This document shows positions 1 through 9,890 of a DNA stretch of 64,000 nt, piece by piece; position 1 is the first letter of the stretch; each line of letters opens with the position of its first letter. The position numbers and the translations under genes are program-made. The stretch comes from Acidobacteriota bacterium (GTDB taxonomy: Bacteria > Acidobacteriota > UBA890 > WLXD01): positions 384,001 to 448,000 of the forward strand of contig CAXWPL010000001.1 of assembly GCA_963666215.2 (NCBI GenBank), in the 5' to 3' direction. The notes under the pieces are model-generated. The model ran no database searches and was not told where the DNA came from. It saw only the letters and a list, made by a program, of their open reading frames with translations.

Positions 1-1233
1 GACGATGAGCGGGCAGCGACGATGGTTATGCAGGTTGCTGTCGGCCATCGGCGAGCCGTAGACGATCATCGTCTTGTCGAGCAGGGTTCCGTCGCCCTCG
101 ACAGTCTCCTCCAGCTTCTTCAATAGATACGGCAGCAGCGAGATGTGATACCGGTTGAGTTCCGCGTACTGTTTCACGCGATCCTCGCGGGCGCCGTGAT
201 GCGAGGCCACGTGGAAGCCTCGGTCGACGCCGCTCTCCGGATACACACGGCCCGAGCCGTCGCGACCGAGCTTGAAGGTGAACACGCGCGTCGTGTCGGA
301 GGCGAACGCCAGCACCTGCAGGTCGAACAGGAGCTTGACGTGCTCCTCGAAGGAGTCGGGCACACCGGCGGGCGCTTCCGGCATCTGGCGTTGCTCGCCG
401 CTCGTGTTGTGCGCCTCGATGCGCTGGATACGCTCTTCGATCTCGCGGATGTTGCTGACGTACTGATCGAGCCGATACCGGTCCGCCGGACCGAGGTTAC
501 GACGCAACCCCGCCATCTCGCCCATCACCCAGTCGAGGATGCTGCTGTCGGCGCGACGGCGGGCCGATCGCTGTTTCGGCGTGCCGCCGGCGCCGAACAT
601 CTGGTCGAACACGGCGCGAGGGTCGCGAATCATCGGCAGCGGCTGCGTGGGCGCGGCCCAGCTGATGGTGTCGGTGTACACGCAGGCGTAGCCGTAGGCG
701 CAGCCGCCGGATTGGTCGACGTTCTCGATGCACAGCTGCATCGATGGGATCGGCGTCGGCTGCGTCATGCTCTGCACGTAGAGCTGGTCGAAGGAGGTCC
801 CAACCTTGACGTCCGAGCCCTCGGTCAGCTTCGGGTGCTCGTGGGTCAGGAAAACCGCGCTCGATCGGAAGTGATCGCCGCCGATCTCCTTCGGGTCGAA
901 GGCCTCGGCCATCTTGGCATCGGTGTTGGAGACAATCGTCAGGTAGTCGCGGTACGGGTCGAGCGGGCTCAGGCTGCTCGGGCTCAGATCGAAGTCGCGA
1001 CCAACCGCCTCGGGCGCCCACAAGTTGAGAGACGCGCCGAGCTCGTTGCAGCCGGCGGCGCCGTGCACCTGCTCAATACAAATGAGACGTGTGGCGTCGG
1101 CCGAGCCGGCGGCCGCGGTGGAGCCCCAGACGCGGCGCGCCGGGACCATGGCGTCGAGGAGCGGCACGCTGAGGGTGGCGCCCAGGCCACGCAGAACGGT
1201 ACGGCGGGAAAGGCTCTTCTGGGGGATGTACAT
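1..1233 (-). CDS. DUF1552 family protein (runs off the window start)
   Basis: Not in the ORF track; read by hand from ATG at 1233: MYIPQKSLSRRTVLRGLGATLSVPLLDAMVP...DHFRSSAVFLT...SMQLCIENVDQSGGCAYGYACVYTDTISWA...PLPMIRDPRAVFDQMFG. Lies directly downstream of a DUF1592 gene. Confidence 0.9.
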   Translation of the reverse strand, partial: MYIPQKSLSRRTVLRGLGATLSVPLLDAMVPARRVWGSTAAAGSADATRLICIEQVHGAAGCNELGASLNLWAPEAVGRDFDLSPSSLSPLDPYRDYLTIVSNTDAKMAEAFDPKEIGGDHFRSSAVFLTHEHPKLTEGSDVKVGTSFDQLYVQSMTQPTPIPSMQLCIENVDQSGGCAYGYACVYTDTISWAAPTQPLPMIRDPRAVFDQMFGAGGTPKQRSARRRADSSILDWVMGEMAGLRRNLGPADRYRLDQYVSNIREIEERIQRIEAHNTSGEQRQMPEAPAGVPDSFEEHVKLLFDLQVLAFASDTTRVFTFKLGRDGSGRVYPESGVDRGFHVASHHGAREDRVKQYAELNRYHISLLPYLLKKLEETVEGDGTLLDKTMIVYGSPMADSNLHNHRRCPLIV

Positions 1234-1328
1234 CGCCTGATTCTGGCCCTCTCTCCGAGGCTCGATACGTCCGCCAACAGTGTGGCGGCCGGCTTGATGG
1301 TCTCTTTTCCTGGCTCTTTTCTCAGTCC

Positions 1329-3863
1329 CTAGCGGCGGGAATCACTGCCAGACCCCGCCACGGAAGACGCCGGCGCTGACATCCGGCTCATCCGGAACGC
1401 CGGGCTCTGTGCGATCCCGACGATGAACGAGGACATGCGATTTCCGTTGGCCTCGGCCTGGCGCACGATCTCCCGAATCGTCGGCATATCGTAGTACTCT
1501 ACGCGGCGGCCGAGAGCATACGCCATCAGGCTCTCGGCAAAATGCGTCAGCACGACATCCGACCGAGCCAGCAGAGCCTGGCGCAAATCGCCCAGACCGT
1601 TGAGCTGAGTTCCGTCGTACAGCTCGCCCGACGCATCTACCGCGACGCCGCGATCCTTGATACGCCAGGCGCCTGTAAGGTCGAAGTTCTCGAACGCAAG
1701 GCCAATCGGATCGATCACGTTGTGGCACGAGCTGCACGCCGGATTGGCGCGATGCTCGGCGAGCTGTTCAGCCGCCGACAGAAAACGAGCGCCCTGTACG
1801 TCGCCGGTTGCCTCGAGATCCGGCACGTCGGCCGGCGGTGGTGGCGGCGGACTCCCGAGCAGGACCTCCATCACCCACTTACCGCGCAGGACCGGAGACG
1901 TGCGGTTGGCGTGCGACGTCAGCGTCAGAATACTGGCGTGCGCCAGCACACCGCGCCGACGGTCGTCGGGATAGGCAACACGGCGGAATTCGGAGCCGTT
2001 CACGCCGCGGATTCCGTAGTGCCGCGCAAGACGCTCGTTGACGAAGGTGTAGTCGGCCGTCAGCAGCTCGAGCGCGTTGCGGTCCTCGCGGATGAGGTGG
2101 GCGAACAGCATCTCGGTCTCGCGATGCATCGCCTCGGACAACGTGTAATCGAAGTACGGATACGCCAGCGCGTCCGGGTGGACTTTCTCGAGATCCTGCA
2201 AGCGCAACCACTGCGCCGCGAATCGGCTGGCGAGCGCCTCGGCACGAGGATCAGCCAGCATGCGCTTGACCTGCCGGCCAATCATCTCGGGCTCCGACAG
2301 CTCTCCGAGGTCGGCCAGCTCAACCAGTTCGGCGTCGGGCGGCGCTCCCCAAAGGAAGAACGACAACCGCGACGCAAGGTCGACGTCGCCGATCTCATAG
2401 ACGTCGCCAACGTTCACCGCGCTCGGCGCCTCCTCCATGCGGAACACGAAATGCGGGCTGGCCAGTACCGCCTGCAGCGCCATGCGGATGCCGGCCTCGA
2501 AGCCGCCATGCTCGGAGCCGGCGTTGTAGAACGTCATCAGGCTCGCAACGTCGTTGTCGCGCAATGGCCGGCGATAGGCCCGCCGGGCGAGACGCCCCAG
2601 GATGCTCTCGGCGCAGGGCGTTTCCTCGTCGGCAGCCGTCGGCCGGCAGCTGAAAATCAGCTGCCGCGTCGGCGTGTCCGACACACCGGTCACCTCGGAA
2701 GGCCCCACAATCGCCAGCTCACGCAGATGCGGCATCGTGGTGACGCCGTAGCCGAGCCCAATCTGCGTGTCGGCCAGGGTGTGATCGATCGGCGTGATCA
2801 GGTCGTCATCCGGGCCCTCGGTCAAGCGAACAAACGCCGCGGCCACACGATGGGGTCCCGCGCGAACGTAGATCTCATCGCTGGAGATCGTCATCCCTGC
2901 CGGATCCGACTCCGACATCCAGCGATCGACGCTGGCTACCGACACCCGTTCTCCATCGATAGAGACTTCAATCTTTTCGTCGAGAGAGGTGCGGCCGAAG
3001 AGCTCGCCCTCGGGAGCCGCGTGCAGCTGCGTCTGGAAGACGTACTTGCCGTCGGCGGGGAAGTTATGAATCACCGCCAGCCCGCCACGCGTGCCGAACG
3101 GCGCTCCATCGACGTGGTCTTTCTGCGACGCGGTGCGCGGCACTCGATACGAAGTGGAGCTGGCGTCGGCCTCCGGATCGCCCACGGCCACCCGACTGAT
3201 GTGACCTGACGCCCTGAGATAGCCCTCCATCAGGGTGGCGGAGGGCATCTGCACATCGGCGATGTTGTCGAAGCTGGCGCTCTTGGTATCGAGCGGCAGG
3301 AAGGTGCCTACGTCGATGTCGAGGCCCAGCAGGTCGCTCACCGAGCTTGCGTACTCGGCGCGATTCAAGCGCTGGAACGTACGCGTCCCGGGATTCGGCT
3401 GGAGAGCGGCGGCGGAGTCGATCGTGCCCTCGAGCGCCGCTACCAGCGAGTCGACGGTGGCGTCGTCGGGACGCCGTGACGGGCGCGGCGGCATCATGCC
3501 GGCGCGCAGCTTGCGGATCATCTTCTCTGCGACGTCGGCGTTCTCGTAGGCTTTGGCGGCGTCGAACGACTCCAGCGACATGCCGCCTTCGAGGGTGGTG
3601 TCGTTGTGACAACGGATGCAGAACCGTCCGATGGTCTGGTTCTGCTCCTCGAACGACATCGGCGCGATCTCCTCGACGCGCTCTATCGATGTCGAAGAAA
3701 GGGGCGCCGCTGTGCGAGCGATTCCCGCGTCGGGAACCACCGCTTGCCGCTCCCACTGCCCCGCGCTCGTCGGGCTCTGCACGCGTGCCGCCAGTCCCGG
3801 CTCGACAGCAAGCCCCAGGCAAAGCAGTCCCAGAACAAAGGCGGCCACTGGGAGCTTCTTCAT
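1329..3863 (-). CDS. DUF1592/DUF1588/DUF1585 (PSD/PSCyt) planctomycete-type cytochrome c protein
   Basis: Signal peptide MKKLPVAAF; CIRCH and CSSCH heme motifs; RLNRAEY, LASRLSFFLW, TSPVLRGKWV, DPIGLAFENFD. Confidence 0.9.
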   Translation of the reverse strand: MKKLPVAAFVLGLLCLGLAVEPGLAARVQSPTSAGQWERQAVVPDAGIARTAAPLSSTSIERVEEIAPMSFEEQNQTIGRFCIRCHNDTTLEGGMSLESFDAAKAYENADVAEKMIRKLRAGMMPPRPSRRPDDATVDSLVAALEGTIDSAAALQPNPGTRTFQRLNRAEYASSVSDLLGLDIDVGTFLPLDTKSASFDNIADVQMPSATLMEGYLRASGHISRVAVGDPEADASSTSYRVPRTASQKDHVDGAPFGTRGGLAVIHNFPADGKYVFQTQLHAAPEGELFGRTSLDEKIEVSIDGERVSVASVDRWMSESDPAGMTISSDEIYVRAGPHRVAAAFVRLTEGPDDDLITPIDHTLADTQIGLGYGVTTMPHLRELAIVGPSEVTGVSDTPTRQLIFSCRPTAADEETPCAESILGRLARRAYRRPLRDNDVASLMTFYNAGSEHGGFEAGIRMALQAVLASPHFVFRMEEAPSAVNVGDVYEIGDVDLASRLSFFLWGAPPDAELVELADLGELSEPEMIGRQVKRMLADPRAEALASRFAAQWLRLQDLEKVHPDALAYPYFDYTLSEAMHRETEMLFAHLIREDRNALELLTADYTFVNERLARHYGIRGVNGSEFRRVAYPDDRRRGVLAHASILTLTSHANRTSPVLRGKWVMEVLLGSPPPPPPADVPDLEATGDVQGARFLSAAEQLAEHRANPACSSCHNVIDPIGLAFENFDLTGAWRIKDRGVAVDASGELYDGTQLNGLGDLRQALLARSDVVLTHFAESLMAYALGRRVEYYDMPTIREIVRQAEANGNRMSSFIVGIAQSPAFRMSRMSAPASSVAGSGSDSRR

Positions 3864-4108
3864 GCGTTTCTCACCTGAAGGCGGAGAACCGCTGCGGCGG
3901 GGAGCCTTGCCAACCTTCGCGGACCTCACGCACCACCCGGGTCCGGCGCGTGTTTTGGAGGCGGCAGCCGCGGTCCTACTGTTGATCAACCTGCACGAAC
4001 GGGCGCCTTGAGCCTATTTCGGCCGCGTAGGTAATTCAAGAGGAGGGCACCCGCTTTCTCGACCGCGACCTGCGCGTAGGTTCGCCATCTGCCCGTGTGG
4101 GCCAGCGG

Positions 4109-5398
4109 TCAGCGCTCATCCTTGTAGACCACGCCTCGCTTCATGACGAAGCGCACTTTCTTGAGGGTGTTGATCTCATCCAGCGGATTGGCGGTGGTGG
4201 CGACGAGGTTGGCGAGCGGTCCCGGTTCGATGGCGCCGCGATCCTCCTGAATACCGAGCAACCGGGCACCGCTGATCGTCAACGCGCGCACGATGTCGGC
4301 GGCCGGCACGCCCGCCGCAACCCAGGCGTCGAGATTCTCGAGCGCCGCCGTGCCGTGCGTGTGTCCCGGCACCTTCATGTAAATGTCGGAACCGAAGGCC
4401 ATCGACACGCCCACGCGGTGGGCGCGGCCCAACCGATCGACGACCTGTGCATAGAGATCGACATCGGGATCATCCGCGAAGCCCTCCCAAAGCTTCATGA
4501 TGTGCGAAGCCAGGTCGGTACCCACGAGCACAACGCCGCGCTCGAGCGCGAAGTCGAGGGTCTCATTGCTCATCTCGAAGCCGTGCTCGATGGACGTGAC
4601 TCCCGCCTCGATTGCATTGCGAGCCCCCTGCTCGGTGTAGGCGTGCGCCGCCACCTGCACGCCGGCCGCCGTCTCTTCGCTGATGACGAAGCGAATGTCG
4701 TCAACCGAGTAGAGGTAGCGCTGGTCGTCAACGACGATCTTGATCCAGTCGGCACCGAAGTGGAGGTTCTGCCGGATCGCTTTGCGAAGCTCGGCGCGTG
4801 TGTCGGCGTAGATGTAGTCCTGCCGCGCGAGATCGGGGAACTCGGGATCCACCACGAACTGGCCGCCGAAACCGGCGATGATCTTGCCGGAGATGAACAT
4901 GTCCGGGCCGCGCACGATTCCCGCCTCGATGGCGGCCTTCAGCGCCGCGTCGCCGTAGTTGCCCGAGTTGCCGAGGTCCCGCACGGTGGTGAACCCGGCC
5001 GCGAGCATCGACTCGGCGTTCGCCGCGCCTTCGAGAACCCGATAGGCCGTCGGCACATCCACCGTGTACGACTTGAGCACCGTCACCGCGGTGTCGACAG
5101 CCGAGCACAGATGAGTGTGCGAGTCGATGAGCCCGGGAAGCAGCGTCATCGCCGACAAGTCGATCACGGCGGCTCCGTCGGGAATCACCACATCGGCGCC
5201 CACGGCGGTGATCGTCGAGCCTTCGATCAGCACCACCTGGTTTGCCGTAGAAGTACCGCTGGCTGGATGGACAACGCGACCCGCGCGGATTGCCGTCACC
5301 TGGGCGTGCGACAGGGTCGTCGACACCGTGAGGAGCCCGCAAACGAAAGCGGTAAGCCGAACCGCACCCAGCAACCGTTCTCTCCTCGCTCTCCTCAT
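4109..5398 (-). CDS. Secreted amidohydrolase (Xaa-Pro dipeptidase-like)
   Basis: PGLIDSHTH, GFTTVRDLG, GADWIK, AAHA, SIEHG, FGSD. Start uncertain (5398 or 5479). Confidence 0.88.
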   Translation of the reverse strand: MRRARRERLLGAVRLTAFVCGLLTVSTTLSHAQVTAIRAGRVVHPASGTSTANQVVLIEGSTITAVGADVVIPDGAAVIDLSAMTLLPGLIDSHTHLCSAVDTAVTVLKSYTVDVPTAYRVLEGAANAESMLAAGFTTVRDLGNSGNYGDAALKAAIEAGIVRGPDMFISGKIIAGFGGQFVVDPEFPDLARQDYIYADTRAELRKAIRQNLHFGADWIKIVVDDQRYLYSVDDIRFVISEETAAGVQVAAHAYTEQGARNAIEAGVTSIEHGFEMSNETLDFALERGVVLVGTDLASHIMKLWEGFADDPDVDLYAQVVDRLGRAHRVGVSMAFGSDIYMKVPGHTHGTAALENLDAWVAAGVPAADIVRALTISGARLLGIQEDRGAIEPGPLANLVATTANPLDEINTLKKVRFVMKRGVVYKDER

Positions 5399-5512
5399 AG
5401 GGCTCTGCTCATCAGACCTGCTCCTGTTCGAGTCGTTCGCCGCCGGACCCGCCTGCTCGAGCATTCGCGGGGGCGCCAATCCTGGCCGGCGTTCAGGATC
5501 GCACGCGCGCTG

Positions 5513-6784
5513 CTAGTCAAGCTCGACCGACCGATCGCTGAATCGAGCAACTTCGATATTGATGAGAACGTCGGCGCCATCCATCTCTGGCCGCGTATCG
5601 TTCACCGTCAGCACGCCGTCCGTGTCGGTTATCGCGTAGTCCGTGTAGGCACCAGAGAACTCGGCCGTGTCAACGCCGTCGCCACCGTCAAGTCGGTCGT
5701 CTCCCCCTGCCCCGCTCAACGTGTTGTCGCCCGCATTGCCGGTCAGCCGGTTGGCGTGCCGGTTACCGCGGAGAACGGCGTTGCTCACGCCCCTCAGCGT
5801 CACGTCCCGAAGGTGCTGCGACTTTTTCGTGTAGGCCTTCGACTCGTCGAGCTCGATCGAGAATTCGCCTTCAAAGTCGATCGGCAGCAGGGCCGTGTAC
5901 GTCAAGTAAGGGTGAAAGAAGCTCTCCTCGATCGCGTAGCCCACCGGATCGGTTTCGAGTAGCGTCGCGCGGCTGTTCGCGGGGTTCTGGCCGAAATGCG
6001 ACGTGCCGTCGGGCACCTCACCGGGCTCCAGGTCGCGACCCTCATACTTCTGCGGCTTCACCGCCCACAGGTCGAGGTAGTTGTCGAACTGCTGGGCGAA
6101 GTACTCGAAGTGCCAGCCCGGTGGGTTGTCGTTCGGCGGCCCCCAGCCACGGGCGGTCGCTGCATCGGTCGCGGCGGAGATCTCGGCCTGGAGCTCGGGC
6201 AACGCGTCCATGATTCCGGATCCCTGCACCAGGTGGAGGACCTCCTCGTAGGCGGCGTCGCGGGTGATGTGGGACATGTAGTCGTCGTCACCCTCGGCGG
6301 TGGTCTCGTTCTCCCACAGGCTCTGGGTGAACAGGTCGGTCGCGGCCTGGCCGAGCTCGCCCTGCTCGGCCTCACGCGCCGCCGATGACGTGTTGAACAG
6401 CGTCATCGTGGCCCTGTTGTCGGCCATGGCATTGGCAACCGCCGTCTTGTCGTGGCCATACTTCGATCCCGGGTAGTCGGTGAGGATGTGCTCCATGATG
6501 TTGCGCGCCTTCAACACCTTGTCGTCCGACCAGGCGTCCTGGATCAGGAAGTGGATCGGCTTGCCGTTCGGCGCGACGATCTTCGTGTAGCGCGAAAAAA
6601 CCTCTGTGAAGATCTCGGGCGTGTTTGGAGGCAAGGGGACGATCCCTAGCGGCGCGCTCGATACATCGATCTGCGGAAGCGTCAGCACGCCTCCAGTACC
6701 AGGATCGCTCGCATCAGGCGCGGCGCACGACAGCGCGAGCAGCGATGCCACCGTAGCGGCGCCAATCGTCGCAGATCGATTCAT
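5513..6784 (-). CDS. Lipoprotein with EExxH zincin-like domain and C-terminal RTX Ca-binding repeats
   Basis: Lipobox LALSC; AAYEEVLHLV...EYFA; GNAGDNTLSGAGGDDRLDGGDGVDT; DGADVLINIE. Confidence 0.65.
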   Translation of the reverse strand: MNRSATIGAATVASLLALSCAAPDASDPGTGGVLTLPQIDVSSAPLGIVPLPPNTPEIFTEVFSRYTKIVAPNGKPIHFLIQDAWSDDKVLKARNIMEHILTDYPGSKYGHDKTAVANAMADNRATMTLFNTSSAAREAEQGELGQAATDLFTQSLWENETTAEGDDDYMSHITRDAAYEEVLHLVQGSGIMDALPELQAEISAATDAATARGWGPPNDNPPGWHFEYFAQQFDNYLDLWAVKPQKYEGRDLEPGEVPDGTSHFGQNPANSRATLLETDPVGYAIEESFFHPYLTYTALLPIDFEGEFSIELDESKAYTKKSQHLRDVTLRGVSNAVLRGNRHANRLTGNAGDNTLSGAGGDDRLDGGDGVDTAEFSGAYTDYAITDTDGVLTVNDTRPEMDGADVLINIEVARFSDRSVELD

Positions 6785-6826
6785 GAGGGCCTCGATTCCA
6801 GGTTTTCGGGCCGGCGTGTGCCGGGC

Positions 6827-8266
6827 TCACTCGGAGGAAATCAGCAGCAGCTCTTCTTGAACCGGAATCAGCCACTCGGCTCCATCAGGGCCGATCTGGC
6901 CGGTCTCCTCGAAGCGCGCGTACCAGGTCTTGCCGCCCCACTCGGGGATCGGCGTGCTGACGTGGAGCTCGACCGATTGCCATTCGCCGGTCGCGAGCGC
7001 GAAACGAACTCGATCGCCGTAGGCGAACGGCAGGTCCTGGGCGACTCGAGTGCCGATGTCGTGGGCGACGTTGCCCACCGAATGACCGTAGATGCCGACC
7101 TCCGGCTCGGTTGTCGAGGCGGCCGCTCCGCCGGCGTCGGGTGTTGCCACCATGTAGCCACGCGCCTGGGTCTCGGCCGCCAGCGCCGCCCAGATCTCGT
7201 GGCCCGCGAGGCTATCCGGGACCAGGCTGTCGGCGTACAGCTGGCCGATCTCGACGGCGTCCCGCCACGCCTGCTCGATGCTGGCCGGCGGCACCGTCTC
7301 ACCGGGCCTGAGGATGTAGGCAGCCCGCTTGATATCGGTGGCGTAGCCGAGGTATTCGAGGCCGCCGTCGATGCTGAGGATGTCGCCGGGCTGAACCGCG
7401 ATATCGGCAGCGTGGATCGGTAACAGCTCGCCCTCGCGCACAACTCGAACCGTGCCTCCGCCGGTCATGCCGAGCTCGCGAGCGCGGTCCTGCAGCCACC
7501 AGGCGATATCCAGCGCGGTCGTCTCGCCGGCGATCACCACCTGAGCGCTGAGCGCCTCACTCTGCCAGCGAGACGTCCACTCGAGCAGACGTGTGTAGAG
7601 CTCCGTCTCCTTCGGCGTGCGGTTGAGCTTGAAGTCGCGAACCACGAGCTCAACCGGAACGATGCGCCGCCGCAGCTCCGGCCCCACCGCTTCCTCTAGA
7701 ACGTCGCGCATGCTGACCGTGAGCCCATCGGCGCTCGGCAGTGTTCTCGAGACGTTGACGCCGATGCTCTGTGGATCGCGCTCAACAACCACGCGGCGTA
7801 GGTGCGGCGTGATCCCCTCCGCCGTGTAGCCGTAGTAGATGGTCTGGTCGTAGACCTCGCCGACGATCGAGTTGGCCGGCTGCTCGTGAGAGCCGACGTA
7901 GATCTTCTCGGGCGTCTCACCGCCGTCGTCGAAAAAGATGTAGGCGCCGCGAACCCCGGGGAACCCGCCGCCCACCTCGTCCTGGATGGGGTCGTAGTGG
8001 TTCTCGCGGCTGAAGGTGATCCACATGTCGACGCCGTGGCGGCGCATCGCCGGCAGGACGGCGGTCTCGATCTTCTCTCGAACGGTCGCCTTCTTGATCT
8101 CGAAGCGCTCGGCCGCGCCTGGAACCCCGTAGTCCTCGGCCGCGGTCCGCGCACGGTCGAGCTCCCCGACCCCAGCGGTGGTGCAGCCGATCAGCCCACC
8201 CGCGAGCGCCAAGCACAACCCACATAGGAGCTGCATGGGCTTCCGCCCGGCCGGGCGCCGTGGCAT
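6827..8266 (-). CDS. M24 family metallopeptidase (aminopeptidase P-like) lipoprotein
   Basis: Metal ligands SIDGG, ATDIKR, GHSVGNVAHD, SVELH, RFEE; lipobox LIGC. Confidence 0.85.
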   Translation of the reverse strand: MPRRPAGRKPMQLLCGLCLALAGGLIGCTTAGVGELDRARTAAEDYGVPGAAERFEIKKATVREKIETAVLPAMRRHGVDMWITFSRENHYDPIQDEVGGGFPGVRGAYIFFDDGGETPEKIYVGSHEQPANSIVGEVYDQTIYYGYTAEGITPHLRRVVVERDPQSIGVNVSRTLPSADGLTVSMRDVLEEAVGPELRRRIVPVELVVRDFKLNRTPKETELYTRLLEWTSRWQSEALSAQVVIAGETTALDIAWWLQDRARELGMTGGGTVRVVREGELLPIHAADIAVQPGDILSIDGGLEYLGYATDIKRAAYILRPGETVPPASIEQAWRDAVEIGQLYADSLVPDSLAGHEIWAALAAETQARGYMVATPDAGGAAASTTEPEVGIYGHSVGNVAHDIGTRVAQDLPFAYGDRVRFALATGEWQSVELHVSTPIPEWGGKTWYARFEETGQIGPDGAEWLIPVQEELLLISSE

Positions 8267-9816
8267 CAGCCCGAGCCCTCGGACTCGCCCGCGGCTCTCA
8301 GGAAAGCGACCCCCGGATGATCCGCTGGCACGCGCTCGGCGCGGAAGAGGCTCCCGGGCCCCGGACCACCCTGCCGACCGCCGGCGCCGACACCCTCCTG
8401 CTCGTCGTAGGGGTTGACGTACTCCCAGACGATCTCGTCGCCGGCGCCCACCTCGCGCAGCCTGCCGCCTTCACCGACACAGATCAGCGTATTGCCGTTG
8501 CGTAGGCGCCGGGCACCGGAGACCAGCGGCGAGTACATGCTCGTCCTGTCCTCAGCGGTGTACGACCAGACGGGCTCCGGGGGACCCACGGGGCGACCCG
8601 GCTCCATGATGTAGCGTCCTTCGGCGTCACGCGGCGGAGCGATTTCGTCGACCGAGGAGTAGTGGCCGTCATCGCCGGCTCGCCCGGTGCCGTTGTTGAA
8701 CACCAGGATGTTGCCAGCCCCGGCGCGGCCCGGCGGGATCCAGGACGGGTCGTGCTGCACGAACAGGCGCCGGTCGTCCGCGGCCCCAGCACCGTACGCC
8801 TCGGGGTTGCCCCAGCGATACAGCAGGTCACCGCCCTTGCCTGCACGCCCTCCTGTATGGCCCGCCGCCTCCTCCGTGGTCGTGCTGTGGTCGATCACCC
8901 AGATCTCGCTGAAGTTGCGCACGCTGAGCACGATCTGGTCGAGCTCGGGGCTGTAGTCGATGCCGTTGGTGTGCTGCCAGTCGCGCCCGATCTCCGGCCC
9001 GCTGTCGGCATCCGCACCCGAGCCACCGCCGAAATAGCCGAGCGCTCGGAGCCGCTCGAGCTCCTCGGGGTTGGCCAGCTGCTGGCGCTCCCGATGCGGC
9101 GCCGCGGCATTGATGTCGATGAGCTCCGGGTGCTCCGCCACTACCCCGTAGTTGTCCTTCGTCGGATCATGCTCCTGGACGAGGTGATCCCAGGCATTCC
9201 ATTTCCAGACCTCCTTGCCACCGTCGGGTAGCACCGGCTCGATCTCGACAATGAAGTCGGGCCAGATCCCGTCCTCCTCCATGCGATCGGGATTGATGCC
9301 GGCAGTCAACGCCTCCTCGCGCGTCTTGCCCTCCCAGGCGATCAACAGCACGTTGCCGTTAGGCATCGCCGCGATGTCATGGTGATGGCGCTTCACCTCG
9401 TCCGAGTATTTGAAATCCCAAAGCACTGTGCCGTCCCAGGCGATCTCTTGGATGACCCCGCCCTCGCCGCCACCGGTAAAAACGCCCACCGGATCTCGAT
9501 CACGCGTGCCGCGCAGCAGGTTGCCGTTGTCGAGCATGTAGATCGCGGCGCCGTTGTACTCGGTAGCCCAGCGCTTGACCTCCTCGCCCTGCATGTCAAT
9601 CAGATAGATCGATGTCGATCGCAGCGGCGAGAACAGCGTGTAGCCGTCCACAGGGGTCGCTTCGCCACGCGGCAGCTCCGCTGCCAGGAGGCTGGTGTCC
9701 GCAACGTCTACGGAGGGTCCCGACGGGCAGCCGAGCACGGCGAGCATGAGCGGAAGGGTGGCCGTAGCGATTCTCGGGCGTCTCATGCCCCGCTTCTTAG
9801 CGGAGACGAGAGTCAT
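8266..9816 (-). CDS. Aryl-sulfate sulfotransferase (ASST) family lipoprotein
   Basis: GYTLFSP, HHDIAAMPNGN, DWQHTNGIDY, GDLLYRWGNP, QHD, VFNNG, SGARRLRNGNTLIC. Confidence 0.88.
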   Translation of the reverse strand: MTLVSAKKRGMRRPRIATATLPLMLAVLGCPSGPSVDVADTSLLAAELPRGEATPVDGYTLFSPLRSTSIYLIDMQGEEVKRWATEYNGAAIYMLDNGNLLRGTRDRDPVGVFTGGGEGGVIQEIAWDGTVLWDFKYSDEVKRHHHDIAAMPNGNVLLIAWEGKTREEALTAGINPDRMEEDGIWPDFIVEIEPVLPDGGKEVWKWNAWDHLVQEHDPTKDNYGVVAEHPELIDINAAAPHRERQQLANPEELERLRALGYFGGGSGADADSGPEIGRDWQHTNGIDYSPELDQIVLSVRNFSEIWVIDHSTTTEEAAGHTGGRAGKGGDLLYRWGNPEAYGAGAADDRRLFVQHDPSWIPPGRAGAGNILVFNNGTGRAGDDGHYSSVDEIAPPRDAEGRYIMEPGRPVGPPEPVWSYTAEDRTSMYSPLVSGARRLRNGNTLICVGEGGRLREVGAGDEIVWEYVNPYDEQEGVGAGGRQGGPGPGSLFRAERVPADHPGVAFLRAAGESEGSG

Positions 9817-9890
9817 CCGTCAAGGGGCGCCCGCCCCAGGGTTCGAAGCGCCGGGGGCACAAGTGGCCCCTCCGGCCGCTCGCCGCGAAC

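Noticed and set aside
145-5962. Long plus-strand ORFs 145-1332, 1542-3209 and 4097-5962 (and similar ones such as 10191-12011, 22058-24091, 31067-32692, 40872-42398, 57587-59083)
   Set aside because: Antisense shadows of recognisable genes, expected at high GC; no motifs.
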